Numbered from the stretch's first letter, positions 20,161 through 30,570 are shown. The stretch: 64,000 nucleotides of DNA from Patescibacteria group bacterium (GCA_036835125.1 DAITMO010000001.1:421487-485486); one strand, 5' to 3'. Program-made: numbers and translations. The notes: generated by a model not told the origin, from the letters alone.

Positions 20161-21210
20161 ATGACTAATTATTTACCACTTACACTTGGGCTTATAATAT
20201 TCTCATTTCTTATTTGTTCCATCTTTATTGTTCCTTTTATAAACTTTCTATATAAAATAAAACTAACGAGGAGAAAAGAAGCTCCTAAAAATGGCAAAGT
20301 GCCTTTATTTGACAAGCTTCATGATATAAAAGTTGGTACTCCTGTTGGAGGAGGGGTATTGATAATTGCAATTGTTAGTATTCTTTTTGTAATATCATTC
20401 CCCTTAGCTTCCTACCTTGGACTTTATGTTAAAAGTGCTTTTTCGCTTAAATCTGAACTTTTTGCAATATTCTTTACTTTCATTTCATTTGGAATATTGG
20501 GACTTTCTGACGATTTGTTAAAAGTATTTAGCAAGCCTTCTCGTGGAATTCTTGGTTTATGGTTTGGTTTAAGGCGATGGCAAAAATTTATACTTCAGTG
20601 TGTTCTTGGACTTTTTGTAGGGTTTTTCATCTACCATTTTTTGGGAATACACATAATTAACATACCTGGAATAAACGTAGTGTTGGATTTAGGATTTTTT
20701 TACATACCTTTTGCAGCATTTGTTATAGTAGCTTTTTCAAATGCCTTTAATATCACAGATGGACTTGATGGGCTTTCTACAGGACTTCTTTTGATTTGCT
20801 TAGTTGTATTTGGAGTTATTGCTACAGGAAATTTAGACACTCCTCTTTTGTTTTTCATTTCACTTTGGATTGGATGCTTAATATCCTTTTTATACTTCAA
20901 TATCTGGCCTGCAAGAGTATTTTTGGGAGATGCAGGCGCACTATCCTTTGGAGCCACTCTAGCAGTAATAGGTCTTGTTACAGGCAAAATTCTTGCACTT
21001 GTAATAGTAGGGGGTATATTTGTAGTTGAGGCAGCAACATCTTTAATTCAAATTATTGGTTGGAAGTATTTAAAAAGACCGATTTTTCCCTTGGCTCCAA
21101 TTCATCACACATTTCTTGCCCGTGGGTGGAAAGAACCCAAAATCGTGATGCGTGCATGGATTTTAGGAATTCTTCTCGCGGTATTTGGACTTTGGTTGGC
21201 AACAATGTAG
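20161..21210 (+). CDS. mraY: phospho-N-acetylmuramoyl-pentapeptide-transferase
   Basis: 10 TM segments; SNAFNITDGLDGL motif; C-terminal IHHTFLARGW. Confidence 0.9.
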   Translation: MTNYLPLTLGLIIFSFLICSIFIVPFINFLYKIKLTRRKEAPKNGKVPLFDKLHDIKVGTPVGGGVLIIAIVSILFVISFPLASYLGLYVKSAFSLKSELFAIFFTFISFGILGLSDDLLKVFSKPSRGILGLWFGLRRWQKFILQCVLGLFVGFFIYHFLGIHIINIPGINVVLDLGFFYIPFAAFVIVAFSNAFNITDGLDGLSTGLLLICLVVFGVIATGNLDTPLLFFISLWIGCLISFLYFNIWPARVFLGDAGALSFGATLAVIGLVTGKILALVIVGGIFVVEAATSLIQIIGWKYLKRPIFPLAPIHHTFLARGWKEPKIVMRAWILGILLAVFGLWLATM

Positions 21211-21222
21211 TTTTAACCTCAA

Positions 21223-22341
21223 GTGAAAAACAGAAAAAGTACACTTTCAAAACAGAATAAAACTTTTGATAAAAAACTGTTTTTCCTTGTATTGGGACTT
21301 GTTGTAATAGGAATAATCGCTGTTGCAGATGTTTCAGCTCCTCAATCTCTAAACACTTTTGGTAACAAATTTCATCTTTTGAAACAGCAAGCGATATCAG
21401 GTCTTATTGGAGTTGTTGCTTTTATTGTAATTTCTAAGATTAAATATACTTTTTGGGAAAAGCTTGCAACACCACTTTTTTTTGGTTCAGTGGGTTTATT
21501 GATAATGGTACTTATTCAACACTTTGGTGTATCTGCCCTTGGAGCCCAGCGTTGGATAAGCATTGGTCCTGTTAATTTTCAGCCATCTGAAGTAGTTAAG
21601 TTTGCATTATGTTTATATCTTGCCAAGGTGGCAAGTAAGGAAAAAGGACCTCTTTCATACTTTCTTCCGCTTGTTTTAATAGCTGGATTAATAATGTTAC
21701 AGCCTGATCTTGGAACAACACTAGTAATTCTTTTAATTGGCTTTTCTCAAATATTAATATCAAATGTTAAGCTTGTATACATTATAGGATCAGGAATAAT
21801 AGGGGCAATTGGAACTTTTCTTCTTATTATTTTCTCTCCGTATAGAAGAGCACGTCTTATGACTTTTTTTGAAAATACCTCAGACCCCCTAGGAAGCTCA
21901 TACCATATAAGGCAGGTAATGATGGCGTTGGGAAGTGGTGGTATTTTTGGAGTTGGTTTTGGAGCTTCCCGTCAGAAATATTTGTTTTTGCCTGAAGCAT
22001 CAACTGATTCAATTTTTGCTGTAATTGCAGAAGAACTTGGTTTAATTGGAGGGTTTATTATAATTTCTCTTTTTGCATACTTTGTAATTAGGGGTTTAAA
22101 GATTTCAAAAAATGCTCCAGATAGGTTTTCCTCTGTTTTAGCAGGAGGAATTGCAGCATGGATTGGAGGACAGGCATTTCTTAATATTGGTTCTATGGTT
22201 TCTATTGTTCCTCTAACAGGAATTCCTTTGCCATTTATTTCCTATGGTGGAAGCAGCCTTGTTACAATATTAGCTGCTTGCGGTATACTACTTAATATAA
22301 GTAAACACACCAAACATGAAGAAGGGGAGAAAAGAAGATAA
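21223..22341 (+). CDS. ftsW: SEDS peptidoglycan glycosyltransferase FtsW
   Basis: Polytopic membrane protein with FtsW/RodA signatures (LQPDLGT, PEASTDSIFAVIAEELG), in dcw position. Confidence 0.85.
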   Translation: MKNRKSTLSKQNKTFDKKLFFLVLGLVVIGIIAVADVSAPQSLNTFGNKFHLLKQQAISGLIGVVAFIVISKIKYTFWEKLATPLFFGSVGLLIMVLIQHFGVSALGAQRWISIGPVNFQPSEVVKFALCLYLAKVASKEKGPLSYFLPLVLIAGLIMLQPDLGTTLVILLIGFSQILISNVKLVYIIGSGIIGAIGTFLLIIFSPYRRARLMTFFENTSDPLGSSYHIRQVMMALGSGGIFGVGFGASRQKYLFLPEASTDSIFAVIAEELGLIGGFIIISLFAYFVIRGLKISKNAPDRFSSVLAGGIAAWIGGQAFLNIGSMVSIVPLTGIPLPFISYGGSSLVTILAACGILLNISKHTKHEEGEKRR

Positions 22342-22355
22342 GTAAAGAAAAGAAG

Positions 22356-23453
22356 ATGAAAAAAAGATTAATACTGACAGGAGGACATGCCGCCACAACT
22401 GCGGTTGCAGTAGTACAAGAAATAAAAAGTGAAAATAAAGACTGGAGTCTTTATTGGATTGGGGTTAAAAATGCGATAGAAGGTAAAAAAATTGTTACCC
22501 TAGAATCTGAAGTCCTTCCTAGGCTTGGAGTAAAATTTCTTCCTTTAATAATGGGTAGAATTCAGAGGAAGTTTACATTTTGGACAATTCCATCAATATT
22601 AAAAATCCCATTTGGATTTATACAGTCGTTTTATTATTTAGCAAAAATTAGACCCAATCTAATATTATCTTTTGGAGGTTTTGCTTCTTTTCCGGTTGTA
22701 TTTGTTGCAAAACTTTTTAGAATTCCTGTTGTTATCCATGAACAAACCTCAGCAGCAGGAAGAGCAAACATTGTTGCTTCAAAGTTTGCTGAAAAAATAA
22801 CACTTTCTAGAAAGGAAAGTGTGAAATTTTTTGAGGGAATAAGTACAGAAGTAATAGGAAATCCTGTTATGGAAGAGATAAGAATAATAAAATATGTTAA
22901 AAACGATGAACCTCCAGTTGTTTATGTTACAGGTGGTTCTAGAGGATCTCAATCAATAAACCTTGCCATTGAGAAGATATTAAAGACACTCCTTTCTCGT
23001 TATAAAGTAATTCATCAAACTGGAGGATTGGATTATTTAAAATTTTCAGCCATAAGTCAAAAACTTCCTCAGGCATTGAGGGATAATTATGAAGTATTTG
23101 TTAGAGTAAATCCGCTTGAAGTTGCCAAAATATATTCAAAAGCTTCTGTAATTGTTAGTAGATCAGGAGCAAATACAGTTTCTGAAATTATGATCGCAAA
23201 AATTCCTGCAGTGTTAATACCTTTACCAATAAGCTATCAAAACGAGCAATTTAAAAATGCTGAAATAGCCAAAAAATGGGGGATTGCAAAAGTGATTCTT
23301 CAAAATGATTTGACTCCTGAAAAGCTTCTTAAGGCAATTGAATTTCAGATAGAAAATCGTTACCGTATTCAGTCTTTGCTTAAAAGTAAAAAGAGCCAGG
23401 ATTTTGATGCGTCAAAGAAGCTTGTTAAAATAGTTGGAGAATATATGAAGTGA
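22356..23453 (+). CDS. murG: UDP-GlcNAc:undecaprenyl-PP-MurNAc-pentapeptide GlcNAc transferase
   Basis: GT28 two-domain architecture: LTGGHAATTAVAVV N-terminus, C-terminal EQxxNA-like region (NEQFKNAEI). Confidence 0.85.
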   Translation: MKKRLILTGGHAATTAVAVVQEIKSENKDWSLYWIGVKNAIEGKKIVTLESEVLPRLGVKFLPLIMGRIQRKFTFWTIPSILKIPFGFIQSFYYLAKIRPNLILSFGGFASFPVVFVAKLFRIPVVIHEQTSAAGRANIVASKFAEKITLSRKESVKFFEGISTEVIGNPVMEEIRIIKYVKNDEPPVVYVTGGSRGSQSINLAIEKILKTLLSRYKVIHQTGGLDYLKFSAISQKLPQALRDNYEVFVRVNPLEVAKIYSKASVIVSRSGANTVSEIMIAKIPAVLIPLPISYQNEQFKNAEIAKKWGIAKVILQNDLTPEKLLKAIEFQIENRYRIQSLLKSKKSQDFDASKKLVKIVGEYMK

Positions 23454-24118
23454 AAAAGATTCTTTCAATAATTACCCTTGTTCTACTTGTTTTAATTATA
23501 TTTCTTCCTAAATTTTTAATTAAAGTTAATGTTGTTTGTAAAGAACATTCCCAAAACTGTCCAACCTCAATTTTGGAAAAATTAGAGAAAGTAAATGGTA
23601 AAAGTATATATTTGGCAAAAAAAGAAATTGAAAAGCTCTTAAACGAAGATGAATTAATATCGGGTTTTTCAATTCAATTTAAACTTCCCAACATATTAAA
23701 AGTAGATATAGTAGTGAAAAAGTCACTGTTTAGTTTAAAAAGTATGTTGTCACAAAAATACGCAATGACTTCAGAAGATGGAACTGTATTGTCCTATTCT
23801 GATAAGTTTGAACTTCCATCTGTTTATATTAATGAAGATCTTCCCGGTTTAGGAGAAAATGTTGGTGTCAAAAATAAATTAGCCCTGGAATTGATAGATG
23901 GTGTATATAAAATGTATCAGGTTGGGGTAGGGGTTATCAATAACGATACTTTGGTTGTTGATCTACCTGGGGGAATAAGAGTAATATTTCCTTTAGTGGA
24001 TGCTGATAGGTCGACTCTTTTGGGATCATTGAGATTAATATACTCGAATATTCAAAAAGATGAACAGGGGAAGTATTCGGAGATTGATTTGCGTTTTGAG
24101 AATCCTGTATTAAGATAG
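23450..24118 (+). CDS. ftsQ: FtsQ/DivIB-like cell division protein
   Basis: 222 aa bitopic protein with N-terminal TM, located between murG and ftsA; similarity weak, assigned from synteny. Confidence 0.45.
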   Translation: MKKILSIITLVLLVLIIFLPKFLIKVNVVCKEHSQNCPTSILEKLEKVNGKSIYLAKKEIEKLLNEDELISGFSIQFKLPNILKVDIVVKKSLFSLKSMLSQKYAMTSEDGTVLSYSDKFELPSVYINEDLPGLGENVGVKNKLALELIDGVYKMYQVGVGVINNDTLVVDLPGGIRVIFPLVDADRSTLLGSLRLIYSNIQKDEQGKYSEIDLRFENPVLR

Positions 24119-24162
24119 TGTTTAATACAGTTATAATAGGTTAATATAGTTAATATACATAT

Positions 24163-25425
24163 ATGAACAAACCAAGAATAGTAGCAGCAATAGACATAGG
24201 ATCAAGTAAGATTGCAACTTTGGTTAGTCAGGTAATTAATGATCCCATAACAGGTGAGACTTCAGTAAATATTGTTGGAGCTTCCCAAGCAGAGTCAAAA
24301 GGAATTAAAAAAGGTCAGATTGTTGACATAGAAGAAGCAGTTGAGGCAACAATTAATTCAATTGAGGCTGCAGAACGAATGGCTGGATATAATTTAGATA
24401 CTGCATATGTTGCGATAGGTGGGGCCCATATTCATTCACAGAATTCTCACGGTGTTGTTGCTGTTTCAGATCCAAATGGTGAGATCACAATTAGCGATAT
24501 TGACCGTGCAATTGAAGCAGCTTCAGCCGTTTCTCTTCCCGTATCTCGTGAGGTAATCTTTGTAGTACCAAGAGAGTTTATTGTTGATGGTGAAGCAGGG
24601 ATTAGAGATGCAGTAGGAATGAGTGGTGTAAGGCTTGAGGTAGATACACACATAGTCTCGGCAGCAGCCTCTGCCTTAAAAAACACCAAGAAAGCAGTCA
24701 ATGAAGTTGGTATAAAAATTGAAGAAATGGTTTTTTCAGGACTTGCTTCTGCTGAGGCCGTGCTTACCCCAACAGAAAAAGAATTAGGGTGTGTTCTTAT
24801 CGATATTGGTGGAGGAACTACATCTGTTGCTGCATACATTGATGGGGCTATTGTTTATTCAGGAGTAATACCAATTGGAGCAAAAAATGTAACTAATGAT
24901 TTAGCAATCGGTCTTAGAGTTTCTTTAGAAACTGCAGAGAAAATTAAAGTTGCTTTATCTAGAGAGAAATCAAAAAATGCGGAGGAAAGCGACGAATTAG
25001 ACTTGGCAAGTTTAAACATTACTGAGATTAGAAAGATTTCTAAAAAAACATTAACCGAAGGAATTATTCGTCCACGTCTAAACGAAATATTCTCTATGGT
25101 CAAAATTGAGTTAGAGAAAGAGGGAATAGTTAATAGAATTCCATCAGGCGCTATTATCACTGGAGGTGGAGCTGAAACTGCAGGAGTTGTCGATAGTGCA
25201 AAAAGAATGCTTTCGGTTCCTGTAAGAAAAGGTTTACCAAAAGGGATTGGGGGACTAATTGATGACGTTATAACTCCAGCTTTTTCTACTTGTGTGGGAC
25301 TATTACTATATGGAGCAAAATCGGCTCCGAATGAAAACTTGACAAGTTTCTCAAAAAAGATAAAACTACCTTCAGTTGGTATGTTTGGTAAGTTAGTTGA
25401 TAGTATTAAAAATTTATTACCTTAG
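24163..25425 (+). CDS. ftsA: cell division protein FtsA
   Basis: Actin-fold motifs AAIDIGSSKI, VLIDIGGGTTSVA, GAIITGGGAE; 420 aa. Confidence 0.85.
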   Translation: MNKPRIVAAIDIGSSKIATLVSQVINDPITGETSVNIVGASQAESKGIKKGQIVDIEEAVEATINSIEAAERMAGYNLDTAYVAIGGAHIHSQNSHGVVAVSDPNGEITISDIDRAIEAASAVSLPVSREVIFVVPREFIVDGEAGIRDAVGMSGVRLEVDTHIVSAAASALKNTKKAVNEVGIKIEEMVFSGLASAEAVLTPTEKELGCVLIDIGGGTTSVAAYIDGAIVYSGVIPIGAKNVTNDLAIGLRVSLETAEKIKVALSREKSKNAEESDELDLASLNITEIRKISKKTLTEGIIRPRLNEIFSMVKIELEKEGIVNRIPSGAIITGGGAETAGVVDSAKRMLSVPVRKGLPKGIGGLIDDVITPAFSTCVGLLLYGAKSAPNENLTSFSKKIKLPSVGMFGKLVDSIKNLLP

Positions 25426-25502
25426 AAGGTTTTTTAAGCTTGTATTTTTCTTCTGCCCAAGGTACAATTCTGCCACAGTGTGAGTAGGTTCAAATTAATT
25501 AT

Positions 25503-26675
25503 ATGGCACTAGTTAAACCAGATAGCGCAAGAATAGCTAAAATTAAAGTAATTGGTGTTGGTGGTGGTGGTGGAAATGCGATAAGCTCCATGATTGAGGC
25601 AGGAAACATTAACGGTGTGGAGTTTGTAGCAATTAATACAGATGCACAAGTTCTTCTTAATAATAAAGCTCCAACCAAACTTCAAATTGGAGAAAAACTA
25701 ACAAAAGGGTTAGGAGTTGGTGGAAATCCTGAAATTGGAAGACAAGCAGCGGAAGAGTCTATTGAAAAAATGAAAGAGCTTCTAATTGACACAGATATGG
25801 TTTTTGTTACAGCAGGAATGGGTGGAGGAACAGGAACAGGGGCTGCACCAGTTGTTGCACAGCTTGCTAAAGAAGCAGGTGCTCTAACCATTGGAGTTGT
25901 GACTAAACCTTTTGCTTTTGAAGGAACTAGAAGAATGGTTGCAGCTGAGGATGGAATAGAAAGACTAAAAGAGGCAACAGATACTCTAATTGTTATTCCA
26001 AATCAAAGACTAATGGATGTAATTGATCGCAAAATGACTCTTTTAGAAGCTTTCAAGGTTGTTGATTCAGTTTTAGGACAAGGTGTTGGAGGAATTGCTG
26101 ATATTATTACAACTCCAGGTCTTATCAATGTAGACTTTGCTGATGTTAAAACCATTATGAAAGATGCAGGAAGTGCTCTTCTTGGAATTGGAACTGGGGT
26201 TGGAGAGAATAGAGCACAAATGGCTGCTCGTGCAGCGGTTTCTTCACCTCTTCTTGATTTGTCAATAGAAGGGGCTCGTGGAGTCTTGTTTAACATTGCA
26301 GGTGGAAATGATTTGACAATGTTTGAAGTTGATGAGGCAGCACGTGTGATTTCTTCAGCAGCTGATCCAGATGCAAATGTTATTTTTGGTTCAGTAATCA
26401 AACCTGAACTTTCTGACCAAGTAAAAATTACTGTTATTGCTACAGGTTTTGATGAAACAAGGTCCCATCTTGCACAAATGAGCCAGACAGCAGTTCAAAG
26501 ACCAATTGTGCAAGGAGTGGTAAGTGAAACAGCACCAACCCCAATGAATACAGTAGGCTCAAAAGAAGATGAGGAAGATATCGGTGATGAAAATAACGAA
26601 AACACACCAGGAGATAGTGAAGATTCGTTTGGTGAAAAATTCGAAATACCTGCTTTCTTGAGAAAAATTAGATAA
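25503..26675 (+). CDS. ftsZ: cell division GTPase FtsZ
   Basis: GVGGGGGNA tubulin signature, [16 protein letters not shown]; C-terminal acidic linker and conserved C-terminal peptide (IPAFLRK). Confidence 0.95.
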   Translation: MALVKPDSARIAKIKVIGVGGGGGNAISSMIEAGNINGVEFVAINTDAQVLLNNKAPTKLQIGEKLTKGLGVGGNPEIGRQAAEESIEKMKELLIDTDMVFVTAGMGGGTGTGAAPVVAQLAKEAGALTIGVVTKPFAFEGTRRMVAAEDGIERLKEATDTLIVIPNQRLMDVIDRKMTLLEAFKVVDSVLGQGVGGIADIITTPGLINVDFADVKTIMKDAGSALLGIGTGVGENRAQMAARAAVSSPLLDLSIEGARGVLFNIAGGNDLTMFEVDEAARVISSAADPDANVIFGSVIKPELSDQVKITVIATGFDETRSHLAQMSQTAVQRPIVQGVVSETAPTPMNTVGSKEDEEDIGDENNENTPGDSEDSFGEKFEIPAFLRKIR

Positions 26676-26696
26676 TTGTCTATACTTTAATTTGTA

Positions 26697-27311
26697 ATGA
26701 AAAACAAAAAGATAATTGGAATGCTAGCTTTGGTAGTTATTCTTGGTGTCACAGGTTTTATTTTTAAGGACAAAATATTTTTCGGAAAAGTAAAAGAGGC
26801 ACAAATTGAAACAAACTCTCCAAAAACTCTTAAAGATCTTCTTGGTATGGGTATAGCTCAGAAATGTACATATGATGGTGGAACAATTTATATAACAGGC
26901 TCGAAGTTTAGAGGTGATTTTGAGTCAATTTCTCAAGAAAAAGTTATTAAATCTCATATGATAGTTGATAACAATGTGAGTTATATATGGACAGAAGGAG
27001 AAACATCTGGAATAAAAATGGCATTTGATGATTCTGATTTTAAGGATGAGGGTACCACAGATAATACTACAGAAAATGTGGGTTTTGATCCTTCCGCACC
27101 TCTAAATTATTCATGTTCTGCCTGGATTGTAGATGGGTCCTATTTTGAATTACCAAAGGGTGTGAACTTTACTGACATGAGTGCTATTTTTACACCTGAA
27201 ACCTCAGGAACAACGGAAAATGGTAATGTGTCAAACTCTCAGTGTTCATATTGCAATATGCTTTCGGGTGAGGACAAAGAAAGCTGTCTTTCGTCTTTAA
27301 ATTGTGAATAA
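26697..27311 (+). CDS. hypothetical secreted/anchored Cys-rich protein
   Basis: 204 aa, N-terminal TM/signal, C-terminal region with six Cys (CSAW, CSYCN, CLSSLNCE). Confidence 0.4.
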   Translation: MKNKKIIGMLALVVILGVTGFIFKDKIFFGKVKEAQIETNSPKTLKDLLGMGIAQKCTYDGGTIYITGSKFRGDFESISQEKVIKSHMIVDNNVSYIWTEGETSGIKMAFDDSDFKDEGTTDNTTENVGFDPSAPLNYSCSAWIVDGSYFELPKGVNFTDMSAIFTPETSGTTENGNVSNSQCSYCNMLSGEDKESCLSSLNCE

Positions 27312-27618
27312 TATGTCAGTCAAAAAATTAGGATTTCTTCAAGCCTTAGGAGTTTCTTTCTATATTCTTTTAATTGGACTTTTTATAAATAATGTTGAAA
27401 AGTATATTGGGAATATTGGCCTTCCCTTTGGTCCAATATTAATGCTTCTATTATTGTCTACCTCTGTACTAATTTGTGCGGTTTTGGTCTTATATAAACC
27501 ATACAAACTTTTTATTGAAGGTAAGAAAAAAGAAGCACTAAGCGTTATAATTGCAACTACAATATCACTTTTTGGATTTTTGACTCTTTTCTTAATAGGA
27601 TTAGCTGTTTTTAAGTAA
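27304..27618 (+). CDS. hypothetical small membrane protein
   Basis: 104 aa, three predicted TM segments, overlaps the upstream ORF by 8 nt. Confidence 0.35.
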   Translation: MNNMSVKKLGFLQALGVSFYILLIGLFINNVEKYIGNIGLPFGPILMLLLLSTSVLICAVLVLYKPYKLFIEGKKKEALSVIIATTISLFGFLTLFLIGLAVFK

Positions 27619-27666
27619 TATTTATTTTTACTGGTTTTGCTTCACTTATACTGCTAGAATAGCTTA

Positions 27667-27990
27667 ATGATAATTAAAAAAAAGGCTACAGAAGAAGAAC
27701 TAAAAACACTTGCGAGCCACTTTAATGGATATATAAAAGTTGTTGTTGATGTTGAGAAAAAGATATTAGCAGGAGGTAGTGACAGGCATTTTGATAATGA
27801 ACAGGATCTTATTTTAGATGGATCTTTTCAGAAAAACTTGTGGGGAGGTGGATTTGATTCTGAAACAAAAGAGATAGATTATAATTCGATAATTAATTTA
27901 AGACCCAACCAAAATAATCCCTCGCGCGACATTCTTTCAATTGAGATAAGAAAACAGTTCGATGAAATCGTAAATAAACTTTTAAAATGA
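27667..27990 (+). CDS. hypothetical protein
   Basis: 107-aa ORF, no motif; its 3' end overlaps the next ORF by 4 nt (ATGA). Confidence 0.35.
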   Translation: MIIKKKATEEELKTLASHFNGYIKVVVDVEKKILAGGSDRHFDNEQDLILDGSFQKNLWGGGFDSETKEIDYNSIINLRPNQNNPSRDILSIEIRKQFDEIVNKLLK

Positions 27991-28298
27991 CACAAAAAGC
28001 AATAATACTAGATATTGCAATGAATTTAAATAGAATTGGCAATTGGGCTGCTGATGATTATGTTGGAAAAAAAGATAGAATAATAACATTTTTATCAAAC
28101 ACCTCTGGATATTTGGAAGATATAAATAAGGAAACATTCCCGTCTTCATTTGAAGGTATATTATCAAAGTTTACTGGTGAATATAAAACACTTGAGGAGG
28201 AAGGGTTTAACGGGCCGAAAGATACAATGCTTTGGGCAGAAAAAATGATGACTTGGGGAAATATTTTGACACACCGTTCAAAACTTCTTGATCTTTAA
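27987..28298 (+). CDS. hypothetical protein
   Basis: 103-aa ORF translationally coupled to 27667..27990. Confidence 0.35.
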   Translation: MTQKAIILDIAMNLNRIGNWAADDYVGKKDRIITFLSNTSGYLEDINKETFPSSFEGILSKFTGEYKTLEEEGFNGPKDTMLWAEKMMTWGNILTHRSKLLDL

Positions 28299-28339
28299 GA
28301 AACAATCCCCATAAAGCAGTAATAGGTTATAATTCACAT

Positions 28340-29290
28340 ATGATAAATTTTTGGCAAAAACTTTCCGTGCCCTTTACTATTATGGCACCGATGGATGATG
28401 TCACAGATAGTGTTTTCAGAAAAGTTATGTTGAAAGCGGGAAGACCCGATGTTTTTTTTACAGAATTTACCAACATTGATGGTCTTGTTCATGGAGGAAA
28501 TGGAATTCCATTAAGAAAACTTAAGTTTAGTTTTAAGGAACACCCTATTGTTGCTCAATTATGGGGAACCAATTTAGAAAACATGGAGAAATCGGCAAAG
28601 ATGGTTGTCAAGCTTGGTTTTGACGGGATTGATATAAACATGGGTTGCCCCGTTAAGGATGTGATTAAAAAGGGAGCGGGATCAGCTCTTATTGGAAATT
28701 TTGATTTGGCTGGAAATTTAATTGAAGCTGTCAAAAAGGGAGCAAAAGGACTTCCGGTTAGTGTAAAAACCAGGCTTGGAAGAAATATTAATATTGCAGA
28801 AGAATGGACAGAGTTTCTCTTGAAAAAAGACATTGCTGCTCTTACTGTTCATGGAAGATTGGCAAAAGATATGTCAAAAGGTCTTGCTAGTTGGGAAGAA
28901 ATAGGAAAAGTTGTAGAAAGAAAAAATAAAATTGCACCAAACACATTGATTATTGGGAATGGGGATATTAATAGTTATCAAGAAGTTTTAGAAAAAAATG
29001 AGAAGTATGGAGTAGATGGGGTGATGATAGGAAGAGGGGTATTTGCAAATCCTTGGGTGTTTAAAAAAGAAAACCAATTACCAACTAAACAAGATTTATT
29101 AAAATTACTTACATATCATATTGATATATATAAAGAAACATGGGAAGAAAGGAAAAATTTTGCATCTCTTAAGAAGTTTTTTAAGATGTATGTAAAAGGA
29201 TATGATGGAGCTAGTGAATTAAGAATGAAACTAATGAAAACAAAAAGTTTGAAGGAAATTAAAACTATCGTTGAGTCTTTAGATTCTTGA
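28340..29290 (+). CDS. tRNA-dihydrouridine synthase
   Basis: IMAPMDDVTDSVFRKV ... GFDGIDINMGCPVKDV (catalytic Cys) TIM-barrel Dus signature. Confidence 0.85.
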   Translation: MINFWQKLSVPFTIMAPMDDVTDSVFRKVMLKAGRPDVFFTEFTNIDGLVHGGNGIPLRKLKFSFKEHPIVAQLWGTNLENMEKSAKMVVKLGFDGIDINMGCPVKDVIKKGAGSALIGNFDLAGNLIEAVKKGAKGLPVSVKTRLGRNINIAEEWTEFLLKKDIAALTVHGRLAKDMSKGLASWEEIGKVVERKNKIAPNTLIIGNGDINSYQEVLEKNEKYGVDGVMIGRGVFANPWVFKKENQLPTKQDLLKLLTYHIDIYKETWEERKNFASLKKFFKMYVKGYDGASELRMKLMKTKSLKEIKTIVESLDS

Positions 29291-29693
29291 AGCCAATTGC
29301 ATCAAGTTGTTCGGCTATTCTTTTCTTTAAGCTTGTTAAATCACCTGTATTATGTGCAAGATCTTTATCTTGCTCCGTAATATTAATAACTCGAATTTGA
29401 ATACCATTGTTGTCCAATATGGATTTTAATTTTTTATCTTTATCAAACAATTTTTTTTCATAAATCGAAGAGAAAACAACATTCCCCACGTTTACTAAGT
29501 CCTCTCGAGTTACATAATTGTAATTATGATTAACACCAGCATTTGTAGCAAAATAACCACGATTATTTAATTCGTCTGCAATATAACGGCTTCTATCAGA
29601 GCCAGCTGCACAAATTGCCAAAACAGATTTCTTTATAAAATTCTCAGGACTTGAATTGGCCTCAGTACTTTCCATGATTCTAATATAAAACAA
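29265..29693 (-). CDS. low-molecular-weight phosphatase-like protein (CX5R P-loop)
   Basis: LAICAAGSDRSRYIADE contains C-x5-R-S as in LMW-PTP/ArsC-type P-loops; rest of the fold not verifiable by eye. Confidence 0.4.
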   Translation of the reverse strand: MFYIRIMESTEANSSPENFIKKSVLAICAAGSDRSRYIADELNNRGYFATNAGVNHNYNYVTREDLVNVGNVVFSSIYEKKLFDKDKKLKSILDNNGIQIRVINITEQDKDLAHNTGDLTSLKKRIAEQLDAIGFKNLKTQR

Positions 29694-29739
29694 TTATTCT
29701 AAAAAGTAAAAATTATATATAGAAACGATTGAGAAGTTG

Positions 29740-29979
29740 TTAACTATTATTTTCTTTATCTCTTTTCTTTTTTAAAGCAAGTTCCTTGGCACGCTCTTCT
29801 TGTTCCAGATACATTACTTTTCTTTTGTTTTCCTCAACTAATAGACCTTTTTCAACCAATTTTTGACATTCAGGATCTGGGCATATTGTTACAGTGTGTG
29901 TAATTATAGAATTTCCAATTTTTTCAACACGAGAAGACTTAACAATTCGTTCTTTTCCACATTTTGTGCATTTACTCAT
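29740..29979 (-). CDS. zinc-ribbon domain small protein
   Basis: CTKCG ... CPDPEC four-Cys ribbon followed by a Lys/Glu-rich tail. Tracked ORF 29740..30120 trimmed to the internal Met (MSKCTKCG) because its upstream part overlaps the RRM gene in another frame. Confidence 0.35.
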   Translation of the reverse strand: MSKCTKCGKERIVKSSRVEKIGNSIITHTVTICPDPECQKLVEKGLLVEENKRKVMYLEQEERAKELALKKKRDKENNS

Positions 29980-29980
29980 A

Positions 29981-30385
29981 TTAGTGTTTTCCAGTATAGC
30001 CTCGCCTTCCCCCACCTTTTCCATCTCTACCAAAATTTCCACGTCCTCCTTCACGCCTTTCACCAAACGGTCTTCTTTGTCTTCTAAAACCCCCTGGTTT
30101 TGACCCAAGTCTATATCCATGATTCTGAGACCTTTCCTCTTTAGGTTTAGCTATAGTTACAATAATCTTTCTTTCGCCAAGTTCAGTATCATGAAGCTTT
30201 GAAATAGCATTTTGAGATTCTTCCTCAGTTTCCATTTCAACAAAACCAAAACCTTTAGACTTTCCAGTGTCTCTGTCTTTGATAATAACAGCTGAAACCA
30301 CAGTTCCAATATTTTGAAAAAGATTTTTTAATTCTTCATCTGTGGTTGAAAAAGGCAAGCCTGCAACAAAAAGACGTTTATTCAT
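29981..30385 (-). CDS. RRM-domain RNA-binding protein with RGG/Gly-Arg-rich tail
   Basis: RNP2 LFVAGLPF and RNP1 KGFGFVEM motifs, C-terminal GGFRRQRRPFGERREGGRGNFGRDGKGGGRRG. Confidence 0.75.
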   Translation of the reverse strand: MNKRLFVAGLPFSTTDEELKNLFQNIGTVVSAVIIKDRDTGKSKGFGFVEMETEEESQNAISKLHDTELGERKIIVTIAKPKEERSQNHGYRLGSKPGGFRRQRRPFGERREGGRGNFGRDGKGGGRRGYTGKH

Positions 30386-30570
30386 TGTTTAAGCATTGAA
30401 AAGAGAAGTTGTTTAAACCGCTAAATGCAAGCTATGAGATATTATATCATAATCTCGGGATAATTTTTGACATTTTTATAAATTCACTATTATTAAGTAA
30501 CACAAGATGCTAAAACATTTAAAAATTGCCAATTTTGTGTATACCTTCATAAGTGTTAAAATAGCTTCAT

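Noticed and set aside
497-26401. Numerous antisense or shadow ORFs inside conserved genes (for example 497..835, 4053..4337, 7254..7454, 11726..12214, 24447..24839, 26003..26401)
   Set aside because: They lie entirely within well-supported genes on the opposite strand and have low-complexity compositions; treated as frame artefacts.
29980-30120. Upstream extension of the zinc-ribbon ORF (tracked 29740..30120)
   Set aside because: Overlaps the 3' part of the RRM gene in a different frame on the same strand; the internal Met at 29979 gives a non-overlapping gene.
30386-30570. Possible T-box or leader riboswitch upstream of ileS (and upstream of glyQS at 3293..3310)
   Set aside because: No T-box consensus (AGGGUGGNACCGCG) or specifier-loop architecture visible; the region appears to be an AT-rich divergent promoter only.
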